Shown in pieces: positions 1-5,871 of a stretch of DNA of 10,299 nt. Origin of the DNA: Gemmatimonadota bacterium (GTDB taxonomy: Bacteria > Gemmatimonadota > Gemmatimonadetes > Longimicrobiales > RSA9); the NCBI GenBank assembly GCA_040905425.1, contig JBBDRO010000023.1:1-10299 (forward strand), given 5' to 3'. Under the pieces are notes generated by a model. That model searched no databases. It worked only from the letters and a program-made list of their open reading frames with translations, and was not told the origin of the DNA. A program made the translations under genes and the position numbers. Position 1 is the stretch's first letter. Each line of letters starts with the position of its first letter.

Positions 1-35
1 GACTCTGCCCTACCTTGGCTCGGCGACGAAAAGGT

Positions 36-54
36 GGGTTGAACTTCCTATCCC
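36..54 (+). mobile_element. Probable oriIS terminus of an IS91/ISCR-family rolling-circle element whose body lies upstream of the window
   Basis: GGGTTGAACTTCCTATCCC closely resembles the ISCR-type oriIS end as I recall it (..GTTTGAACTTCCTATACC). An IS91-family transposase fragment at 2674-2881 shows that this family has been active at the locus. The cognate transposase is outside the window, so the call cannot be confirmed here. Confidence 0.6.
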
Positions 55-272
55 TCAAGCGGCGAATCCCCCCGTCAAGATCGATCTGGGGAGGGCTGTC
101 CCCCTGGCCGGGAGCGCGCCCGCCGCCACTGTGCAGTGCCCCGCTCCTCCCTTAGGTTTCTCCCCTGCGCGCCGCTCGGCAGCCTCCATCAAGGCACGGC
201 ACGGCTGAGGCCGTTCCGGTTGCAACCGTGGAGAGCATGGCGAGCCGATTCGATATTGCCGCGGAGAGTGTT

Positions 273-2381
273 ATGCGCACGGGTCGAAACGATCCCTGCC
301 CGTGTGGGTCGGGCAGGAAATACAAGCAGTGCTGCCAGCAGCAGGACCGGGCCGCGTGGGCAGAGGAGTCGGGTGCCAACCGGCTGGGCCGCCAATACCG
401 CCAGGCAGCGGCGGCCGAGCCCGACTGGGAGGCGGACGCGGTCCCGATCATGGCGCGGTTCGAGGAGAGCGGTTCGCCGCGACCGGTCATGCTGATCGTG
501 ACGGCCGGCGAGTTCATAGTGCACGCCGATATCCGCGGTAGGCTGCCAGGCGAGACGGCGGACGTTGCCGCGGCGCTCGAGCGCGCGGTCACGGCGGCAG
601 CACGGGACGTCGGCGCGTTTCCGGAGCGCCTTCGGGTGCGTCATGACGACGTGGCTGCCGCGCTCGCGCCACTGCTCGCCGAGCGCGGCGTCGAGGTCCG
701 GGGCGGCGGCGTGCCGGTCCTCGAGGCGACCGCACACGCCATGCTCGAGTCGGTCGTGGGCGTGGCATTCTGGCCGCCAGTGTGCCGCGCCGACACCTGG
801 AGCGGGTGGGACCTGCCGCGCCCGCTGGTGGCCGAACTGTTCACCGCGGCCGCCCACTACTACATACGCGCGCCGTGGACCGATGCGGCGAACCTGCAAG
901 CGCCCCGCGCCACACTGCCGTCCGGCCGTGCGTGGACATGCGGCATGCTTGGCAATGCCGGGGAGGAATTCGGTCTGGCTCTGTACTCGGAGGAATCGGA
1001 CCTGTTCAGGACGGCAATGCCCATTGCTCCGAGCAAGCCGTTCGACGGGGTCCGCGGCCGCATCATCTCGGTCACGTTCGACCGGCCCGCGGAGGTCCAT
1101 CCCGATATGCGCCGCGAAGTCCGAATGCGCAGGTGGAACGTCGCCGGGCCGGCGGCCATCCCGACACTGATGACGGTGAACACGCCGGCGGGTGGCATCG
1201 CGCAGGATGACGTTCGCGACCTGATCGATCTGTTCGGCGCATTGCCGCTTTTCGTTCAGAAGCACCGCCGCGCACTGCTCGCCGAGGAGCGCTCGGGTAC
1301 GCCCGTCCAGATCATCGACTGGGTCGAGCCGGACAGCGGCATCGCCTTCCGCTACGACGGCCAGGCGGTGCGCTACGATCCGTTCCCGTGGGATGGCGAC
1401 GACGATGACGACGATGATGCCGCCGATCCCGGACTCTTTCCGAGGCTGCCGCCAGAGTTGCACGCAGACATCGACGCGCTGATTGGCCAGGTGGTCGAGG
1501 AGTTTGGCGCCGATGCCGACGAGGATGAGCTGCTCGACGCGCTGAACGTCAGACTTGAAGCGCTGACGAGGAGCGCCAACGAACAGCCGGCTGCGGACTT
1601 CGGGGGTCTCTCCCCGGCGCAGGTGCACCTGCTGCTGCAGGGCGATTGGGCCGATTCGGCGAGTGCATTGCAGCTGCGCCTCGATCTCTCGTTCGAGGAT
1701 GTCGCCGGCTCCACCATCCTGGCCAACGCACGCACGTTGCTCGAGTTCGCCGTCGAGCATGGACCGCCCGGCGCCACGCAGGCGGGTAACCTGAAGCTGG
1801 ACGCCGTGGCGCAGCTGGTGGAGCGGATGACCTTCGAGGAGGGGTACCTCGAGGAGATGCGCAGCGCCAGCCGGCGGATCACGGAACAGGACGTATGGCC
1901 GCTGCACTGCGTCCGTGTCGTGTGCGAGCTGGCCGGACTGCTGCGCCGTCGCTCGCAGCGCTTCGACCTGACCGCGGCCGGGCGCACGCTAGCTGACGCC
2001 GAGCGGGTGGGCAAGCTCTACGCGCTGCTGTTCCGCACCTGGTTCCGCGAATTCAACATGGACTATGTCAGCCGGTGGGAATGGCCGGAGCTGCAGCACC
2101 AGGTTGCATGGACGCTGTATCGGCTGCCAGCCGTGGCGCAGGACTGGCGCAGCGCGGTGTCATTGCTGCCCGATGTGGTGCTGCCCCACGCCCTGCACCA
2201 CGCACCCCGCGCTGCCGACCTCGAGCTCGCGCCGAGCAACCTGGCCGCGAAGCTGCTCGAGCCGCTTGCCGGATTCGGTTTACTCGAGCGGCGCGTGGTG
2301 GAAGCCGGCAGCCGGGGCCGCGGCACCGAGCTGTACCGCGCCGCGCCGCTCGCCGAACGATTCCTGCGCTTCGACCTGTGA
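273..2381 (+). CDS. SEC-C (Zn-binding) motif multidomain hypothetical protein, 702 aa
   Basis: Long ORF with an N-terminal GRNDPCPCGSGRKYKQCC, a canonical SEC-C motif. ATG 273 is preferred (GGAGAG at 263-268, and it places the motif at the N-terminus); GTG 228 and ATG 237 are in-frame alternatives. An acidic linker DGDDDDDDD (1392-1418) separates two halves. Stop TGA at 2379-2381. Confidence 0.88.
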   Translation: MRTGRNDPCPCGSGRKYKQCCQQQDRAAWAEESGANRLGRQYRQAAAAEPDWEADAVPIMARFEESGSPRPVMLIVTAGEFIVHADIRGRLPGETADVAAALERAVTAAARDVGAFPERLRVRHDDVAAALAPLLAERGVEVRGGGVPVLEATAHAMLESVVGVAFWPPVCRADTWSGWDLPRPLVAELFTAAAHYYIRAPWTDAANLQAPRATLPSGRAWTCGMLGNAGEEFGLALYSEESDLFRTAMPIAPSKPFDGVRGRIISVTFDRPAEVHPDMRREVRMRRWNVAGPAAIPTLMTVNTPAGGIAQDDVRDLIDLFGALPLFVQKHRRALLAEERSGTPVQIIDWVEPDSGIAFRYDGQAVRYDPFPWDGDDDDDDDAADPGLFPRLPPELHADIDALIGQVVEEFGADADEDELLDALNVRLEALTRSANEQPAADFGGLSPAQVHLLLQGDWADSASALQLRLDLSFEDVAGSTILANARTLLEFAVEHGPPGATQAGNLKLDAVAQLVERMTFEEGYLEEMRSASRRITEQDVWPLHCVRVVCELAGLLRRRSQRFDLTAAGRTLADAERVGKLYALLFRTWFREFNMDYVSRWEWPELQHQVAWTLYRLPAVAQDWRSAVSLLPDVVLPHALHHAPRAADLELAPSNLAAKLLEPLAGFGLLERRVVEAGSRGRGTELYRAAPLAERFLRFDL

Positions 2382-2421
2382 CCTTGGGCCGTGGGACCTC
2401 CTGGCCGGAAGCAAGCCTGGC

Positions 2422-2565
2422 ATCCGGAACTCGCCCTGCTATGTGCGCCACTTAGGAGGTGCCGGAGACCACGTCCAGTACTGCGTCTTCTTTTGCGACC
2501 TCACCGATGCCGAGCTCGCCGGTCTCCAGTCACGCCTCGAAGGCCGCCAGCCCCTTGCTGTTTGA
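2422..2565 (+). pseudogene. cas2: Degenerate, internally deleted CRISPR-associated cas2
   Basis: Translation IRNSPCYVRHLGGAGDHVQYCVFFCDLTDAELAGLQSRLEGRQPLAV*. GDHVQYCVFFCDL (2464-2502) matches the Cas2 G-x-x-(L/V)-Q-Y-S-V-F-x-C-x-L motif, and IRNS..CY resembles an eroded MRNxYxVCYD start. It is only 47 codons against roughly 90-100 for Cas2, has no start codon or catalytic YD aspartate, and ends 15 nt before a CRISPR repeat. Confidence 0.75.
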
Positions 2566-2580
2566 CCCTCGGGGAGCCAG

Positions 2581-2673
2581 GTCTCCGGGGCCTTCGGGCC
2601 CCGGCCTCATTGAAGGCCGGATCCGGTGGAAGTTCACGCACACCGAGGGCGTCTCCGGGCCTTCGGGCCCCGG
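2581..2673 (+). CRISPR. CRISPR mini-array/remnant (type I-G/I-U-like repeat): 1 full repeat, 1 spacer, 1 truncated repeat
   Basis: Repeat 1 (2581-2616) is GTCTCCGGGGCCTTCGGGCCCCGGCCTCATTGAAGG, 36 nt, with a perfect 8-bp stem CCGGGGCC/GGCCCCGG around a TTCG loop and an ATTGAAG 3' handle. The spacer is 2617-2650 (34 nt). Repeat 2 (2651-2673) is GTCTCCGGG-CCTTCGGGCCCCGG, with one G missing and the 3' 12 nt lost. The CCGGGGCC..GCCCCGGCCTCATTGAAG layout resembles type I-G repeats as I recall them. The array is adjacent to the cas2 relic. Confidence 0.85.
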
Positions 2674-2881
2674 TGCGGCGCCCGCCGCATGGTGGAGGTG
2701 GCCGCCCAGCTGAGCGACGCCGTGCTGCCGCCCATGCCGATCCGCCTCCGCCGGACCAGCCCGGGCTCAGGGCCCGACGCCCGCCTCGGCGCCGTCTCCT
2801 TCCTGCACCGCTTCGGCTCCGGCCTGAACCAGCCTGAACCCGCACTTCCACTTCCATGTGGTGGTCCTGGACGGCTTCTTC
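2674..2881 (+). pseudogene. IS91/ISCR-family (HUH rolling-circle) transposase fragment, deleted and frameshifted
   Basis: Reads CGARRMVEVAAQLSDAVLPPMPIR / LRRTSPGSGPDARLGAVSFLHRFGSGLN and, after removing a 10-nt duplication (2830-2839), PHFHFHVVVLDGFF. This matches ISCR-type motifs CPSCGARRM..AA.L.D.V.P..P.RQWV and GAV..(Q/H)RFGS.LN...HFH....DG.(F/Y), with the HUH motif at 2849-2857. The QWVLS.P segment, the N-terminus and the whole C-terminal catalytic Tyr region are absent. Confidence 0.85.
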
Positions 2882-3055
2882 TGGCGCCGCCTCGACCGTC
2901 TATCCCTCCCCCGCCGCCCAGGCGGGTGCGGAGCTCGCCACGATGGTGATCCCCGCGCTGTCCCGGACCCTAACGTTCCGCGCGACACCCGCCGCATCGT
3001 GGACGACGGCAAAGAGCAGCAGGACGGCGAGCCTGGCGCATCGGCGATCGATCAT
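2882..3055 (-). pseudogene. 5' remnant of a secreted RDSAG-motif protein gene (6-bladed beta-propeller-type family), with a nonsense codon and truncation
   Basis: GGAGGT RBS (3060-3065, minus strand) lies 4 nt before ATG 3055. Translation: MIDRRCARLAVLLLFAVVHDAAGVARNVRVRDSAGITIVASSAPAWAAGEG*TVEAAP. It has a signal-like N-terminus followed by VRDSAGITIV...PAW..GEG(W), which I recall as the N-terminus of Gemmatimonadota secreted propeller proteins. TAG at 2900-2902 sits where a TGG (Trp) is expected. Confidence 0.6.
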
Positions 3056-3183
3056 GCGTACCTCCAGCTCAGATTCGCGGCGGCGATCAGGCGCTGCGGA
3101 ATATCGGGCGCTGCGTAAGATCGAGCGTTCCTTGAGACGGGTCTTACATGCCAATCAAAGCGGCACGCGTGGCATCCGGTTTC

Positions 3184-3315
3184 CGCGCGAGCGGGTTTGA
3201 TGCGAATCATTGCTATCATACGCCCATGTGCGCCCGCCCGCACTCGCGCGTGCGGGATTGACGCGAATAATTGCGACCAGATGCAAACGCGCGGCGCACC
3301 CGCCCCGCGCGTGCG
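3184..3315. repeat. Imperfect 61-nt-period tandem repeat in a divergent intergenic region
   Basis: CGCGCG(A/T)GCG starts at 3184, 3245 and 3306, a period of exactly 61. Units 1 and 2 match at 29 of the first 35 nt. Their cores are TTGATGCGAATCATTGCTATCA (3197-3218) and TTGACGCGAATAATTGCGACCA (3258-3279), 18/22 identical. Confidence 0.7.
3211..3219 (+). promoter_or_regulatory. Possible extended -10 promoter element (TGnTATCAT) upstream of the M20 gene
   Basis: TGCTATCAT in a locally AT-rich patch, with no correctly spaced -35. A similar TGCTATAAA occurs on the minus strand at 3319-3327. Confidence 0.25.
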
Positions 3316-3458
3316 CTTTTTATAGCACGCTCGGCGGACGGGCACCCGCGGTGGGGGGCGCGGACGGATGGGCGGGCTCCAGCCGCGCCCCACTTCCCAC
3401 ACGCCCGCCACCCCACTAACCTGCCTCGCGCTCCACATCGCTATCCCGGATAAGACCG

Positions 3459-4676
3459 ATGCCGCCTGAGCACACCGATCCGCTGGCCCCGCTCCTCGAT
3501 GACGCGCGCGTCCGCGCCGCCCTGGAAGCCGCGCGCGCCGCGCACTTGCGCACCGTGGCCGACCAGCGGGAGGTCGCCGCCATCCCGGCGCCGACCGGGG
3601 ACGAAGGCGCACGCGCGGACTGGCTGGAGGCGCGCCTGCGCGAGGCCGGGGCGGCCGACGTGCACCGGGACGAGGCCGGGAACGTCGTGGCCACGCTGGG
3701 TGGCCACAGCGCCCACACCGGCAGCCACACAGGTGCCGAACCCGGCGCGATCCTGGCGGCCGCCCATCTGGACACGGTCTTCCCAGCCGGCACGGACGTC
3801 GAGGTGCGCGAGCAGGATGGTCGCCTGCTGGCCCCGGGCATCTCGGACAACGGCCGCGGCCTGGCCGCGCTGCTCACCCTGGCGCGCGTGTGGCGGGAGG
3901 CGGGGCTCACCGCCGCCCGGCCGGTGGTGCTGGTGGGCACCGTGGGCGAGGAGGGCAGCGGCGACTTGCGGGGGGCGCGCCACCTGCTGCGCGCGGGTGG
4001 CCCGTGGCGCGGTGCGGCCGCCTTCGTGGCCGTGGACGGCGGCGGACAGGAGCGCATCGTGCACCGCGGCATCGGCGCGGGGCGGCTGCGGCTGGAGGTG
4101 CACGGGCCCGGCGGCCACTCCTGGTCCGACTGGGGGCGGCCGAACGCGGTGCACATGCTGGCCGGTGTGGTGGCCCGCCTGGCGGAGCTGGAGCTGGAGG
4201 CGGAGCCGCGCACCACGCTCACGGTGGCGCGCATCGGTGGCGGCACGAGCATCAACGCCATCCCTGCCACGGCCTGGGCGGAGGTGGATCTGCGCGGCGA
4301 GACGCAGGCGGCCCTCGACGCGCTGGCGGCCCGGGTGCAGGGCGTGCTCGAGCGGTCCGCACAGGGGGAGGCGGGCCCGGACGTGCGGGTGAGCGTCATC
4401 GGGGACCGCCCGGCGGGCGCCACCCCCGTCGAGCACCCGCTGGTCCGGCTGGCGGAGGCGGCCACGCGGCACGTGGGCGGCCAGCCCGAGCTGGCCGCCT
4501 CCTCCACGGACGCCAACGTGGCCATGGCCGCAGGCATTCCCGCGCTGGCGCTCGGCGCCGGCGGGGACGCGGGCGGCACACACACCCCCGCCGAGTGGTT
4601 CGACCCCACGAACGGGTGGCTGGGGGTGCAGCGCTGCCTGCTGGTGCTGCTCGGGGCGGCTACGCTGGCGGACTGA
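3459..4676 (+). CDS. M20/M25/M40 family metallo-hydrolase (peptidase T-like), 405 aa
   Basis: Metal and catalytic motifs AHLDTVF, GISDNGRG, GTVGEEG, C-terminal STDAN and THTPAEW, plus dimerisation-domain motifs GPGGHSW and GGTSINAIP. Strong G/C third-position bias in this frame. Confidence 0.93.
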   Translation: MPPEHTDPLAPLLDDARVRAALEAARAAHLRTVADQREVAAIPAPTGDEGARADWLEARLREAGAADVHRDEAGNVVATLGGHSAHTGSHTGAEPGAILAAAHLDTVFPAGTDVEVREQDGRLLAPGISDNGRGLAALLTLARVWREAGLTAARPVVLVGTVGEEGSGDLRGARHLLRAGGPWRGAAAFVAVDGGGQERIVHRGIGAGRLRLEVHGPGGHSWSDWGRPNAVHMLAGVVARLAELELEAEPRTTLTVARIGGGTSINAIPATAWAEVDLRGETQAALDALAARVQGVLERSAQGEAGPDVRVSVIGDRPAGATPVEHPLVRLAEAATRHVGGQPELAASSTDANVAMAAGIPALALGAGGDAGGTHTPAEWFDPTNGWLGVQRCLLVLLGAATLAD

Positions 4677-4688
4677 ACGGGCGGGGCG

Positions 4689-4720
4689 GCGCACCCGGCC
4701 CCGGCACGGGGAGGGTGCGC
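4689..4720. terminator. GC-rich hairpin between convergent genes (possible terminator/pause; no U-tract)
   Basis: GCGCACCC (4689-4696) pairs with GGGTGCGC (4713-4720) and encloses an inner stem CCCCG-GCA-CGGGG (4699-4711). It lies in the 55-nt gap between two convergent stop codons. Confidence 0.35.
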
Positions 4721-4731
4721 GGCCGGGTCGC

Positions 4732-5724
4732 TTACTCCCCCAAGACCTCGGCGTCGGCGCCGATGTTCACGCTGCCGGACACGCCGCGCACCACCGCCCG
4801 GTCCCCGACCATGGCATCGTGCAGCGTGGCGTCCTCGATGCGCGCGTCGCGGCCGATAATGGCGTCCCGGAGGGTGGAGCCGCGCACCGTGGTGCCGGCC
4901 GCGATCGTGACGTTGGGACCCACTTCGACGTCCTCCAGCGTGACGCCCTCCTCAATGCGCACGGGTTCGTGGTAGCGCACGTTGCGGCCGCCGTCAGGAC
5001 GGCGACCGCGCGTGGTGGACAGCAGGTGGCGGTTGGTCTCCAGCAGCGTCTCCACCTTGCCGCAGTCGTACCAGCCCTCCACCTCCTCCACGCGGATCTT
5101 AGCGTCGTGGTCCACCATGTACTGGAAGGCGTCCGTGAGGTAGTACTCCTCACCCGGGCCCTTGGGGCCCTTGAGCGCGTCATCCACCCCCTCGAAGAGT
5201 AGCTCCCAGTCCCGGATGTAGTAGAGGCCGATGTTGGCCAGCTTGGAGATGGGGTCCTGCGGCTTCTCGATGATGCGCTTCATGTTGCCCTCGTCATCGG
5301 TCACGATGACGCCGAAGCGCTGGTAATCTTCCACCTCCTTGGCCCAGATCACGCCGGCGGAGTCCTCCGGCAGGCGCTGCACGAGCGAGAGGTCCGCGTC
5401 GAAGAGGGTGTCCACGAACATGATCAGGACGTCCTCGCGCACGTGCGGCTGGGCCAGCTTCACCGCCCCCGCGGTGCCGTCCTGGACCTTCTGCTCCACG
5501 TAGGTGGCGCGGAACTGCGGGTACTCCTTCTGGATATAGTCTTCGATGCGCTCCTGGAGGTAGCCCGTGATGAAGATGACCTCCTCCACGCCCAGCTCCA
5601 GCAGGTCATCCAGGATGTAGCTCATCACGGGACGCCCGCCCACGTGGACCAGGGGCTTGGGCTCGGACCAGGTATGGGGGCGGAGACGCTTTCCCTTCCC
5701 CGCCAGCGGGATGATCACTTGCAC
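4732..5724 (-). CDS. Sugar-phosphate nucleotidyltransferase (glucose-1-phosphate thymidylyltransferase-like) with C-terminal hexapeptide repeats, 330 aa
   Basis: N-terminal IIPLAGKGKRLRPHT...PKPL signature, QDGTAGAV, RFGV, IIEKP, ANIGLYY, EYYLTDA, WYDCG, and a left-handed beta-helix-like tail (VGPNVTIAAGTTVRGS..DAIIG). GTG 5724 is chosen because GAGAGGA lies at 5731-5737 (minus strand), 6 nt upstream. Confidence 0.93.
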   Translation of the reverse strand: MQVIIPLAGKGKRLRPHTWSEPKPLVHVGGRPVMSYILDDLLELGVEEVIFITGYLQERIEDYIQKEYPQFRATYVEQKVQDGTAGAVKLAQPHVREDVLIMFVDTLFDADLSLVQRLPEDSAGVIWAKEVEDYQRFGVIVTDDEGNMKRIIEKPQDPISKLANIGLYYIRDWELLFEGVDDALKGPKGPGEEYYLTDAFQYMVDHDAKIRVEEVEGWYDCGKVETLLETNRHLLSTTRGRRPDGGRNVRYHEPVRIEEGVTLEDVEVGPNVTIAAGTTVRGSTLRDAIIGRDARIEDATLHDAMVGDRAVVRGVSGSVNIGADAEVLGE

Positions 5725-5871
5725 GCGTGCTCCTCTCGTTGTGTACACCCGGCGCGCCGCGCGCGTCCGGTTCTTGCCGTCTTGCGGGCCAAGGTAGGCC
5801 CCCGTCGGGGGGCGACGCTATCGCCATGCCCGCCCGCCACGTAACGTACGCTCACACCACCGAGGATGGAT

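Noticed and set aside
78..87. Perfect palindrome AGATCGATCT upstream of the SEC-C gene
   Set aside because: A single 10-bp palindrome is expected by chance in 10 kb, and nothing else supports an operator here.
189..1907. 572-aa minus-strand ORF and the other ORFs overlapping the SEC-C gene
   Set aside because: Shadow or alternative frames of the SEC-C CDS with no recognisable motifs.
2900..2908. CTATCCCTC, identical to 48-56, as a residual second oriIS of the transposase fragment
   Set aside because: Better explained as GAG GGA TAG (E-G-stop, from Trp TGG) within the minus-strand pseudogene, whose plausible reading continues to 2882. CTATCCC also occurs at 3441 and 7990, and the TTGAACTTC part is absent.
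2065..2949. ORFs 2065-2565, 2391-2837 and 2626-2949 as real genes
   Set aside because: Chimeric frames that run across the SEC-C 3' end, the cas2 relic, the CRISPR repeats and the transposase fragment. Only sub-segments have protein-like motifs.
2968..2977. CCCTAACGTT as an integron attC end
   Set aside because: It does not fit RYYYAAC, I found no complementary GTTRRRY arm at a suitable distance, and it lies inside the pseudogene coding sequence.
3040..3330. Replication origin, or second CRISPR array, suggested by GATC sites, AT-rich patches and 61-nt periodicity
   Set aside because: No TTATCCACA-like DnaA boxes and no dnaA/rep gene. The 61-nt units are similar along most of their length instead of alternating identical repeats with unique spacers.
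3703..3733. Short His/Thr/Gly repeat (HSAHTGSHTG) in the M20 protein
   Set aside because: Small in-frame duplication in a variable loop before the AHLDT motif, with no evidence of function.
3416..4975. Long alternative ORFs (397, 417, 297 and 361 aa) over the M20 gene
   Set aside because: Arg/Ala/Gly/Pro-rich off-frame translations typical of high-GC DNA. The M20 frame carries all the family motifs.
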